From NCBI RefSeq assembly GCF_001194135.2, contig NC_068993.1:55450761-55514760 (forward strand): a DNA stretch of 64,000 nucleotides, read 5' to 3'. Below, one piece after another: positions 1-12,360 of the stretch. Position numbers and translations under genes: made by a program. A model generated the notes under the pieces. The model saw only the letters and a program-made list of their open reading frames with translations, made no database searches and was not told the origin of the DNA. Source of the stretch: Octopus bimaculoides. Lineage: Eukaryota. The first letter of the stretch is position 1; every line of letters starts with the position of its first letter.

Positions 1-624
1 GGCGGCGGGGAGGCGGCGGGGAGGAGGCGGCGGTGGCGGCAGCAGTGGCGGTGATTTCAGCACACATATGCACACCCACACACACACAAACACACACACA
101 TGCACAGATGATGTGTTGGGGTCAGCTGTAGTCCAGTGAATCGAATATACTAAATATTTTCTGCGGATCAGCAGTGGGATAAAATGCAGTGTCAAAGCTG
201 ACTGGCAGGATTTCAATTTGGTCATTAATCAAAGAGATTAATTACTGTGACACCCTTACAGACTCGATAAAAAAAAAGTGACCATAAATTCTGGACGACT
301 GAAAGCTCAAATTGACAGAAATGTGGAATTACTGCACTGGTGTCATGTGAATTTCACAAAGCACATTGAACTTTGCACCACAAATGATGAAAACCATGTT
401 GAAAATGTTTTCCGTTTATGTAGTTAACTCTCTAGCAACACTCAGGCCTATTAATTGGTCCGAGTGATACAAGCTGAAAGGTCTTTGAGGTAAATCCATC
501 CGTCCAATGAAACAAACGTTTTGAAGTGTAATAGCCAATCAGAGATTGTCTTTCATCATCATCCTCATCCAGTGTTTTAACTCCTTGTTTTGTCCCCGTT
601 AACAGGGGATTTCCAGCTGTGTCT

Positions 625-850
625 TTGAACAAGACACTTTATTTCACATTGCTCCAGTCCACTCAGCTGGCAAAACTGAGTAGTACCTGTATTTCAAAGG
701 GCCAGCCATGTCACATTCCGTGTCACACTGAATCTCCCTAAGAACTACATCAAGGGTAGCTATGTCTGTGGAGTGCTCAACTACTTGCAAGTTAATTTCA
801 CAAGCTGGCCGTTCCATTGATCGTATCAGCTGGAACACTCATTATTCTAA
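625..850 (+). mobile_element. SINE copy (family with aagacactttatttcacattgctccagtccactcagctggcaaaa core)
   Basis: Same sequence recurs at about 14500-14680, 23760-23900 and 32760-33070, and inverted at about 8960-9200 and 49085-49310. Confidence 0.8.
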
Positions 851-1494
851 CCAACAGAATACCAGTTGAATAAGATTATTGTAAATATCCATTTTTGCCT
901 GTATCTCCACACTTTACTGTTACCTTGTAATATTACAATAAATTATTTTATGATAACAGTAACTAGTGAGCTTGCTAGTTCCTTCTAGCAAGCTAGGAAA
1001 TTAATTGGTTCATAGACCTCATTTTAAGGCCATCCACTACAACTCTTTATCAAATTCATTTTTAATTGTTAAAACAGTATTAACATGTATAATGTAGAGA
1101 GCATTATGAAGCTAACTGGAAATATATTATATGTAGTGAAGAAAATCTATACTAGTGAATAACTAATGTTATTTTAATTTCTCCTGTAAATATGGAAGAT
1201 AGCTTCAGACATATTTGGGTTTATTTTGGTCTCATTGACAAATTATAGCTTCCACAGTTCTTCAATACTCCTGCAACAACAATGAAAGAAATATTTTGCT
1301 GACAAGGTCAGATTAATTCTCCCTGGCATGTGATGGAATCTGTTTTCTGTACATCTTCAGTGTTTGTTGCTTCTGTGCATCTGCCACACACAAAAAACTA
1401 TCTTCCCAGTTAACCTTCCTTTGATGCTACTGCACCTCTTATGTGTCGATATCTACAGATTTAGCAAGGCAATCTACCTGAAGGAGCTTGTGAT

Positions 1495-2050
1495 TTGTCA
1501 GCCTTATATATACATAAGACCCAACAGAGGAGTCATTCTAAGAGACAGTAGTATGATAGATAAAGCAATTAAGGATATGGTAGAAGCAAAGAAAGCACTT
1601 GGTCCATCAAGGATTACCACTGAAATACTTGCAATATCTGCTGCAGTACAATATAGCTTAGTCATCTGTATAGTAAATCAGTTTGTACAATCCTAGGTAC
1701 TCCTAAAAAAAGATAATGTACTCCTAAATACTCCTAAAAACAGGATGGTCAAAACTGGAATGTCTTTCATCATAGGTCTGCACAATTACTGCTTAGATAG
1801 GGATAACTTGATGAGTGTTGTTCACTGATATTGGAAGCCAGATCTGTTCTTTATGCTTACATGTAATCCAAATTGGTTTGGAATTGCTGCAGAACTTGAG
1901 GTGCATCAAAAAACTATAGGACCAGCCACACTTGATATCAGAGCTGTTAAAAGACATTATGAAGAATGTTCTTGGAGAAGTACATTGAATTCCAGATGAG
2001 AGGTCTTCCACATGCACACACAAATGCTGATAATCTTGGAACAAGATAAA
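1495..2050. mobile_element. Two RTE-type LINE reverse-transcriptase remnants in opposite orientations (+ about 1495-1700; - about 1735-2050)
   Basis: DKAIKDM..KKALGPSRITTEIL (+) and VHVEDLSSG..SPRTFFIM..KCGWSYSFLM.. (-), degenerate versions of the RTE RT segments seen at 51330-51640. Confidence 0.7.
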
Positions 2051-2089
2051 TCTCAAATAGCAAATGTTTCAATGTGTTTGTTTCCACAG

Positions 2090-2650
2090 AAAGATCAAGA
2101 ATTGCTGGAAACCATTTCAGGATGTAATATGCATGGTCTTTGCAGCAATCCCTATCTCAAAGAAGATTCCTAACACTTGTTGAGTATGTGTAAGCATGAA
2201 GAGATCAATCAGTTCTCGTTGTATTTACATGATTAGATGTGTTTAAAAAAAAAAAGTGGTTCCACAGCTCACTTAAGTCTTCATATTAGATTTCTATTGA
2301 CAAACATTCTGTTTACAGCATATCAACAACTAACTGACAAAAATAATTCAAGACTAAGGTTTCCTTTATTAGGATGAAGCTCCACATATGTTAAGATATA
2401 TGTATGAAGCTGTTGATATCAAAATTCAAGGTCTTATGCAAAATGGTTTACCTTTCAGAGGCAAGATTATGGTATTTTTCATGATTTTCGGTAAATGCCT
2501 CCTATATTAAAAGAAAGTTAGAATGGCTACTACAATGGGCATAAATTATGATGCATTCCTTATTTTAGGAAAGAACAATAGTGCTACGGCTTACCATGAA
2601 TATGCAATTACACAATCAAAAGCACTGTGGAAAAGCTTATTTTCTGTCTT
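2090..2650 (+). mobile_element. Decayed Helitron RepHel (PIF1-type helicase) remnant
   Basis: Across stops and frameshifts: GSTAH, IIQD..LY*DEAPHMLRYMYEAVD, LMQNGLPFRGKIMVF, DFR*MPPI, SKALWKS = PIF1/Helitron WDEA, LPFGGK and GDFRQ motifs. A weaker Rep-like ELLETI..MHGLC lies at about 2090-2160. Confidence 0.75.
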
Positions 2651-3199
2651 GTATCAATGAAAGGGGGAAACAACTAAACTCTGACTGAAAGATTGCGCTT
2701 CTAAATATGTTGAGGTTGTATTGAACTTTTAATAATGAAATAAACAGAAAGTGGATGAAAGAAGTTATGGTTTTAATTTATCATGATGTGTTTATTGTTA
2801 GAAATATTGTATTGGACATGATGGCCCAATAGAGAACTATAGGGAAAAATAAGGAAAGTTCTTTCCATAAATTGATGTAGTCTTGTGATTACACTTGATA
2901 AAAGGTTGTAGTTAATTTCCTCTGAGTTAAATTGTGAGAATGTGAACATGGGAGGGAGGGAGAAAGAAACAGACACATACAGACAGAGAATTGTGAGTGT
3001 CGTCTGCTTTAGTTTTTGCTTTAAGTTAGTAGCAACATAGATAATTTGTGTCACCAAATTTCATTATTGATAAGTCTTGTTGCTGAAACAACTGATACCC
3101 AAAGAGCAGTTGACATAATGCTTGGTTGTGTTCATTTCTCTTGTCTTCCCGCTACCTTGATGGAAAAGTTTATATAGGTTTGACTGATTCACAGTCAAG

Positions 3200-3660
3200 A
3201 ACCTTGATTGGTCAGTTTGGATGCTAACACCATCAATTCAATGTGCATTTGAAAAGCCATAGTGGTTAACCTTTTTTTCACTTCATCAGTCAATTTTATG
3301 AGCATTTAGAAAACCTTAGTGGTCAGCTTTTGCTGATGTCATCAGCCAGTTTTATATTCCAGCTGTTTGTCAAAAATGTCCAGATTGGAAACAATGAGTC
3401 TTGATTTCAGTTTTAGAGAGAGATCTGCTGCAAATTAAAGAGAAATAGTAAATCAAGCTTTTACCTGCCAAACTGGATCCGGCAAACTCCACAGAACAAT
3501 CAGTACTATTTCCTACCCCATGAGGATTTGGTTGATTGCCATTTTTCACAGTTTTATTAAACCAATCAAAGGACAGAAGAACAGTACATATCAGCTAGGA
3601 ACTGGCTATATAAAGCAGAATACACCCTCCCTCTCCTTCTCTCTCTCTCTCTCTCTCTCT
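3200..3660 (+). promoter_or_regulatory. Candidate TATA/CCAAT promoter of an unidentified + strand transcript
   Basis: TATATAAAG 3607-3615, CCAAT 3562-3566, ATTGG 3207-3211 and 3384-3388, palindrome GCTGATG-T-CATCAGC 3332-3346; TE-free context. Confidence 0.35.
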
Positions 3661-4620
3661 CTGTTTTCAGTGGAATACAGCTGGAGCAATCAGTTTGCTT
3701 CTCCTTCTTCCAACAGAACTCAACCAGAAAACAAATGGACTTGTTACACTCAGTTTCAGTGCAAGACACATTTTAGCTAAAATAATACTTCATTTTTCTA
3801 TATCTCTGTTTTTCCAGGTCACATACATTGATTTCATTTGTTTTTACTTCAGCAACATTTTCTTCTAACATCACACATATAACACAAAAAGAGCATTATT
3901 TCAAGAATATAGGTACAATACTTCTTTCACAACACATTTATCTCGAACTTCGTATTTTATTGATTAATAATTTTTGCATTTTTCTTTTGCTAAATGAATT
4001 ACTGTCTTATTCAAACCTGCACTTTTATGAACTTTTGAACGTAAATGCATACAGCTTAACTATATTGAATTATCATACCACTTAGGCTGGTGAAGGTCTA
4101 CTTCCTGGTGGCACAAAAAAAATAAGAACTTACATACATCCAAATACACACACACACACACACACATACACACACACACACAGGTAAGTATAATTATACA
4201 TACATCCATATATATATTTAATATCATCTGAGTAATAACCTCATAACGTGCATTTCAAAGCTCCTCTACTGTTATTGGCTATCATATGCCATCATACAGC
4301 AGGATACTCCATTTACTGGATATACATGAGGAAATCCATTAGTGTACACAAAATTTGTATCAAAATTCATAAAACAAGATGGAATGAAAATGCTTTAATC
4401 ACAAAAGTAGAAAAAGGGTGGTGGGGAGCAGTAATACAGTGAGCAGGGAAGTGAGGGCAGGAAAGGGCATCCTCTAGGGCATTGTTTCTCAAACAAGGGT
4501 TACCCTTGCATAACCCTTAAAATAAATTACATGACTCAAGAATAATTATATACTATATCTTTCTCATATTTTTTTCATCATAGTTCATGTGGTAAATATC
4601 ATATTTTTGTGTATATATAT

Positions 4621-4699
<79 letters not shown>

Positions 4700-4839
4700 T
4701 ACATACACAATACACATACACACACACACACACACGTACATATACATGGTTGTTATATTTTTGGGATAACATAATGGGTTAGATAGGATGATGTCTACAT
4801 TCTTTTCTTTTCTTTTCTTTTCTACTCTAGGCACAAGGA

Positions 4840-4965
4840 CCGAAATTTTGTGGGAGGGGCCAGTCGATTAGATCGACCCCTGTATGCAACTGGTACTTAA
4901 TTTATCGACTCTGAAAGGATGAAAGGCAAAGTCGATCTCGGCAGAATTTGAACTCAGAACATAAA
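4840..4965 (+). mobile_element. SINE-like repeat with tcgacccc..aaggatgaaaggcaaagtcgacctcggc..atttgaactcagaac core
   Basis: Copies at about 31810-32200 (two), 35920-36100, 52010-52240 and 53700-53820, and inverted at about 16310-16460. Confidence 0.8.
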
Positions 4966-5544
4966 GGATGATGTCTATATTACAATAACCAATAATATGT
5001 TGTGCATGTATAGTAATACTACGATCATGAAATTAGCATCAGCCTACCTCACTCTTTCTCGTGGGACCCCTAGGAACCTTTTGCAGGACCCTAGGGTTCC
5101 AGGGAACCCCTGTTGAGAAACACTGTTCTAGGGTAACACCTTTACCATTTTGACTGCTGGGAACATTGGACAGCTTGGGAAGCCTTTTCAGTACACAAAG
5201 TGCTGCATGCAAGTAAAATAGCAATTTCAAAAGTGACACCAGTATTGTGTACACTGGAATTTTCCAGTGTTAAATTTCTCTTCTTAATTCTCTAACATCA
5301 TCCAGATACTTAATTCAAATATATTCATATATGCATATACATGTGTTAATACTTGTTCATCTGTTATGCGATTCTGTTTTTTCTTTTCTTCATTCGTCAT
5401 CATTTGTTATCATTAACAATGACAACAACAGCTGCCAAGTGGAGCAAAAGTATGAAAATACATATTTTATTTAGTTGAAAGTATTGAGCGATACATGAGA
5501 TTATATTGAGAGGGGCAGACAGAGTTATTTGCTGTATGCATATA

Positions 5545-5755
5545 TATCTTTCATCATGATAGATCGCTAGCCACTACACATTCTTTTTTTTCTCTCTATG
5601 TTTCTCTCTTTGTTTTCTTCTGTGTTCCGTTCTGTGGAAGAGCGTAGGCTCGAAACGTTAAAGACTTTTTCACTTCCCGAGAGTTATACTAATACATCTG
5701 TTTGTTATCTACACCACCTGTCTTCGTCTTTTGTTTTTTTTTGTGNNNNNNNNNN

Positions 5756-5799
<44 letters not shown>

Positions 5800-8700
5800 C
5801 GTATGTATATATGTGACCACGTGTACATCGTTGGCGATTTTCTTTCTCCGTCTTCCCTTCTTTGGACGTTTTCTATATTTCTGATGAAGAGCTATGGATT
5901 GCCATCCTATCCAGGTGGGGAACCTATACGCCAATGAAACTGGGAAACCGACCCTTATGAGCCAGGCATGGCTCAAAATGGAACAAACAACAACAGCAAC
6001 ACGACGTAAAATACTTCATAGCCGACTTGCTCTTCATTATTGCTAGGTCTGTTGTGGCTACCACTGGGATTAACGCATACCTTCACTGTTACACTTGTGA
6101 CCTGGTACAGTACCAATCAGATATTTTGACTGGCCTTGTCACTCTGGGACAAGTTGCATGCTTAGTAACCACTATTAACAATTCCAGTGGACACTTGCTA
6201 TATATATCTCTTTTCCACCTTTTCATTACCATATTTCTATTGCTTGAATTAATTTTGAAAATTCAAGAATTTATTAAAATAACTTCGTCATTATTAAGCT
6301 GGTATTTGGAGCATAAATTACAACGGAAAGTTTTTAGATTATTTTATATCAAGGAGTTTCTTCAATTGAACCAAGAGCTGTTTGAGTTGGGGTAGTACCA
6401 AAAGGGTTAGGATAATCGTTAATATAGCATCAGTTAGAGTCGCTATTTGGTTAAGCAATTGACGACTTAGGTACGTTTGTTGGAAACAATAACCTAACAG
6501 CAACTGGACGAATCTCAAAGAAAAAGGGAGATAATTTTAAGAAATTAAGAAATTCTTTCAATTTTGTGAAATTGATTCTAAATTTCTTGAGATTATCTCC
6601 CCCTTACTTCTCTAGAGACGTTCATAACCAACCGCTTGGTTTGTAGTTTCTTTCTCCAACTGAAAGGGAAATTTCAATCAATTGGGAAAATTTTTGTACA
6701 AGTTTTTTTTTTTTTGGATATTTATCGTATATGTAAAGAGTCTACGTGTAGAAAGAAAGTGAGCGGACAGGCCAGTAGAACCAGAGAAAAGAGCGTGCAC
6801 GAATTTGTATGCATGTGATAGGGTATAAGATGTTTGGTTAAGCAAAACCCATGAATCTGCTACGATGACCACCCCCATCACCACCACCACCAACATCATC
6901 ATCATCATTATTACTATCGTCCCACACCATCACCACCACCATCATCATCACTATCACTCCATCCACCACCACCACCACCACCACCTTCATCATCAATATT
7001 GCTCCCCCACCACCACCACAATATCGATGCCGATCAATACTATGACATCATCATTACGTCATCACCTAAATTTGAGACTAAAATTCCTCGCAGGACATGT
7101 GACAGTCGTATGACTAAATGGCATCACCTCTGAGCTTTGACCTGGGACACTTTTACCCTTGGTCCGCATACATGTATGTATGTGTAGATGTCTGCTTACT
7201 TATCCATTCACACACATATACATCCAATCACACAAATATACTCACACGATATTGTGCAGGATTATCTACACCCGTACAACGTCTACACACACACGCAGTT
7301 CCACAAACACCCGCCTACATACGCGAACATGTGCTGTTACGCATTTGTAGACGTACACACAGATTGGTACACACGTGCACGCATATATAAACGTACACAC
7401 TGGAAGTTGCACGAACACGCATGTTCTTAGATACTTAGATATATACGTCAGTTTACACCCATAGACTTACACATGTGTCAGTTTCATCCACACACATTGT
7501 TGTATACATGTATCTGTTATACACAAACAAACACACGCCTACACACACACACACTCACGCACACAGATATATTATACGTCTGTTACACACAGACACGCAC
7601 AAATAGACAAATACATGTCAGTTTTCATATATAGTAGACATGCACATGTATCTGTTACACACACAGAGCATTTTCCATGTGTTTTGTTAGACGCACGCAT
7701 CTTCCAGTTACACACACACACATAGCTATGTATCTGTCTGTTACGTATAGACGCACATAGCTTTATGAGTTGCACAGAGATATACACAGAAAAGACGTAA
7801 ACATTTATTAAACAGAAATCGAATCTTGCTCTTTCCCTTCCTACACAGCCAATGGAAGACTGTTATATATTCACACATACATTATACCCGGAGTGATAAA
7901 CATACACACGCAGACACGCTCAGTAACAGACCCACACGTGCATTTATAGAACAACGTATGAATACCCAAGCATGGCATTGTGGTTAAGAAGCTTGTTTTG
8001 AAACCGACGGTTTTAGGTTCAGTCCCACTGCACTGCACCTAAATTTGAAACTAAAATTTCTCGCAGGCCATGTGACAGTCGTGTGACTAAATAATGTCAC
8101 CTCTGGGTTTTGACCTATGATTTTTACCTTCAGTTCACATACGCTTATGCAAATGTAGTGTCTTTTACCATAATGCAAGGCCCTGACAATGAATTTATTA
8201 TCATCATATTTTTAAAGGAAGAAAGGAAAAAGAAAAACATTAAAAGTATCAAATTATAAAGGAAAAAAAAACCCATAGCAATCTCACCAAGAAAACAAAG
8301 AGGGCATGGAATTAAGCTGCAGAAGATGTGGCGGGGGGAGTAGTGTGTTGTACATCCCAGACCAAATGGTATGGTCAGCTTTGACTTGCAGACATCATTG
8401 TAAATGTGTTACTGCGGAGAATGGCTGGTGACGCTCACAGCAACAGTGATTCCATCTAATGGAGCTCATTCCTCAGACAGGCTACAGTTATCCTGATTTT
8501 GTGGAGGAAATTAGCAGTGCAGGATCTGAGAACTCCTGAGGTCTCAACGGCAACTGGCACAAACTGATAGTAGCTGGTCAGGCTCCTGTATTTGTTTGTT
8601 TTTTGCTTTTACGGGCATTGATACCTGGTCTTGTGAGTGAATTTGGTCAACAGAAACTGTATGAATGTCCAGAGAGAGAGAGAGAGAGAGGTATTGTCTT

Positions 8701-9883
8701 TGGGGCTGACAAGTTCAAAAAGAAGCAGTGTCGAGCCACTTACAATGAAGTACTCAAAGACGACTTTGAGAGTGAATAAAAAGCATCTAGTCCAGAATAA
8801 TTGGTCCAACAAAATATATTGTTTCTGCCTTTGTATGTCATTATATTATAAGTTACGTAGCTTTTCTAAACTGTTATCCATTAGTTTCCAATGAGTGATA
8901 GAAGAAACAAAATATATTTTGTCTGACTAATGGTTATGGATTAAATATATAAATAAATAAATGTTTCCTTCTCGGGCCCTACCAGGATCATAAGGGCCAA
9001 TTTCCCGGTTTCAATGGCATATATATTCCCTACCTGGACAGGACACTGATCTGTCGTAGGATTACTCATTTTTGCCAGCTGAGTGGACTGGAGCAATGTG
9101 AAATGAAGTGTTTTGCTCAAGAACACAATGCATCGCTCTCTCCAGGAATTGAAACCACAATGTTACGATCATGAGTCCAACAGCCTAACCACTAAGCCAT
9201 GTGCCTCCACATAGATCACATATTTGTGTGTATGTGGAGAGAGAACATAGGTGAGAGAGGGAGAGAGAGAAAGACAGAAAGAGGGTGCATGTGTGTGGTA
9301 CGTGAACATGTGTGTGTGTGTGGTGGGGGGTTTGTGTTGGTACCTGTTGAACACCTGGGCTGGTGTAATTAACTTGCCCCCTGCCTAAACTTGCTGGCCT
9401 TGTGCTGAAATTTGAAACCAATATCAATCATATGGATTCTTTTATTCTTTTACTGGTTTCAGTCATTTTGACTGTGGCCATGCAGCAGCACCGCTTTTAG
9501 TCAAACAAATCGACCCCAGGACTTATTATTTGTAAGCCTAGTACTTATTATTTCGGTCTATTTTGCCGAACCGCTAAGTTACGAGGGCATAAACACACCA
9601 ATATCAGTTGACAAACACAGACACACAAACATATACATACATATCATCATCATCATCATCATCATCGTTTAACGTCCGCTTTCCATGCTAGCATGGGTTG
9701 GACGATTTGACTGAGGACTGGTGGACCTGGTGGCTATATATATATATATGCTTCTTTCTTCATGTAAAAGAGTTATTTCCCTTTTATTCTCTATTTAATA
9801 TTTATTTCATGTGTGTGTAGTATGCATATATGTGTGTGTGTGTGTGTGTGCATGTGTTTGTGTTTATGCATATGTGTATATGT

Positions 9884-9924
<41 letters not shown>

Positions 9925-9934
9925 TATCATCATT

Positions 9935-9969
<35 letters not shown>

Positions 9970-10525
9970 TATCATTTAATGTTCATCTTCCATGGCGGCA
10001 TGGGTTGGACAGTTTGATAGGAGCAGGCAAACCAGAAGACTGCTCCAAGCTCTTCTGTCTGCTCTGGAATGGTTTCTGCTGATGGCTGCTCTTCCTAACA
10101 CCAACCACTCTACAGAGCGGACTGGGTGCTTTTTTTTACATGGTACTGGCACCAATGAATTCACATATAAAATATAAAAGATAACAATATAGCTTGGTTA
10201 AAAAAAATCTTAGGAGTAATTTTTCTCCACAACTCAGATGTTGGCAACTCCTAAAAGGATCTATGCTAAATGAAGGAATGGCAGATTAAGTAAAATCTCA
10301 CCGCAGATAAGCTTTTGAGAGCTTCATTATATTACTCAAACAGCAAATATTGTATAGTAAAGATAAAAAAAGAGTAAACATCACAAATGTATTACATCTC
10401 GAAGAGGTGAAGAATTTCTGAATTGGGACTCTGAGGGTAGAACAGTTCTATGCAGCTCTTGGATATTACAGCAAAGGTAACTTGGATGAGAAAAATACTT
10501 ACCATACCAGTAGAAAATTATCACA

Positions 10526-10563
<38 letters not shown>

Positions 10564-10591
10564 TATACACACACACACACANNNNNNNNNN

Positions 10592-10625
<34 letters not shown>

Positions 10626-10902
10626 ACATATATATATATATATACATATATATATAAACATATATGCATTTATATATATATTTATATTTATATATATATG
10701 TATGTATATATATATAGTGAGAATTTACAAAAAAACAAAAGACGAAGATGGATGTGTAAACAACAGACAGATGTATTAGTTTAACACTCGGGAAGTAAGA
10801 AAGTCTTTCACGTTTCGAGCCTACGCTCTTCATCAGAAAAGAACACAGAAATAAACAGGGAGAGAAAATAGAAAAGGTTTAGTGGTTAGCAATCTATCAT
10901 GG

Positions 10903-10910
<8 letters not shown>
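5545..10910. repeat. Inverted copies of a ~190-bp dispersed repeat (about 5545-5745 and 10715-10910)
   Basis: gaagagcgtaggctcgaaacgt.aaagacttt..cacttcccgag and its reverse complement. Confidence 0.8.
7063..8116 (+). repeat. 81-bp direct repeat pair (7063-7143, 8036-8116)
   Basis: cacctaaatttga.actaaaatt.ctcgcagg.catgtgacagtcgt.tgactaaat....tcacctctg.g.tttgacct. Confidence 0.85.
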
Positions 10911-10947
<37 letters not shown>

Positions 10948-11109
10948 AAAGGATGTTTATAATATTATTCCACATATATAAAAACAGCCATACCAACATC
11001 ATCAGCAGCCTCACAGATATTATTATGGTTTTGACACCTGGGCAGTACCATTCAATCTGGCGGCATCAACAGTACTAAACTAAGTGTTGTTTGGGAACAA
11101 ACAAACCAA

Positions 11110-11833
11110 AGAAACCACAACTTTCAAATACATTTACTCTATGCACAACAGTATCGGATAATAAATTCAATAAGTAAATCTATAACCAACTCCTAAATAT
11201 GTAACTAAACAGTGGCCAAACCTTTAAATCATACATTTTATTCCCTACAGTCTTCCATAGTATAATATAAACATGAAAACTTAATAACCACATTCATTCA
11301 ATCTAAATATAGGCAGGATTAAACAATAACTTTAAAATTAAGCTACAACAAAGAAACACATAAACCTATGTGCATCTGTATCGGTATTAATAGTAAACTT
11401 GCAATAACTAAATTATATACTAAATAGCGACCAATCTTTAAATCCATACAATTAATAATCCTACCAGTCTTCCATAGTTACTACTATAATAAATTAAAAA
11501 AAAGGCGAAAGCTTTATTTAATTCTCTCCAAAACAAAACAAACACGATTGAATTTAATTTAACGAATAATATAATAATTAGGAGTGAAATACATTATTTC
11601 ATAATTCAAAAGTTAATAATAAAACACTACATACTCATTAATATATATTACACTTACAAGCTTTAATGTTCAATTAACAATAACTAATAGAAACATTAAA
11701 TTTTATTTAATAGGAACTAATAAAATTATACTTGCAATTAACTATTATTATAAAACCTTACTACAATTAAAGCTAAATTAAGACTGTTTGAAAGATAATA
11801 AAACTACACAGTATTAATACTCATATGTTTTTT
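11110..11833. other. Possible NUMT (mitochondrial control-region-like AT-rich segment)
   Basis: About 720 bp, very AT-rich, A/C-skewed and G-poor, free of microsatellites and SINEs unlike its surroundings; compositional inference only. Confidence 0.35.
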
Positions 11834-11925
11834 TCTGCCACGTGGTTCCATATATATCATCATCATCATCATCATCGTTTAACGTGATGATGATGATGAT
11901 GATATATATGGAACCACGTGGCAGA
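11834..11925. repeat. Perfect 41-bp inverted repeat with 10-nt spacer
   Basis: 11834-11874 is the exact reverse complement of 11885-11925. Confidence 0.97.
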
Positions 11926-12164
11926 TATATATATATATCTGTAAAAGTATGTGACACTTATTCAGTAGCCATGATAAAACTCCGAGTTTCCGATGCCCGA
12001 GTGGTGTTCCGCTCCAACCATCTCTTCAGTTATCCAGCCACCGGAGATTCTATTTGAAAAATAACCGTTATGGAAACAACCCCCACCCACATATATATAT
12101 ATATATAGATAGATACATAGATAGGAGGGGAATGATGGGAACGATGATGATGTGATTATACATA

Positions 12165-12360
12165 CATACTCTTTTATTCTTTTACTATTTTACTTGTTTC
12201 AGTCATTTGACGGTGGCCATGCTGGAGCACCGCCTTTAGTTGAGCAAATCGACGCCAGGACTTATTCTTTGGAAGCCTAGTACTTATTCTATCGGTCTCT
12301 TTTGCCGAACTGCTAAGTTACGGGGACGCAAACACACCAGCATTGGTTGTCAAGCGATGT
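12165..12360 (+). mobile_element. Abundant SINE-like repeat (tttcagtcatttgac..gccatgctggagcaccgcc..gccgaactgctaagttacgggg)
   Basis: Copies at about 9440-9620, 30780-31070, 36700-37030, 47725-48010, 57735-57900. Confidence 0.8.

Noticed and set aside
4248-4442. Signal-peptide-like ORF (MHFKAPLLLLAII..)
   Set aside because: Starts at GTG, lies just past a donor site, and has no supporting exon structure.
6865-7113. His-, Thr-, Glu/Asp- and Ser-rich ORFs (also 9811-10082, 12343-12576, 15909-16250, 31285-31512)
   Set aside because: Translations of trinucleotide microsatellites, with no splice context.
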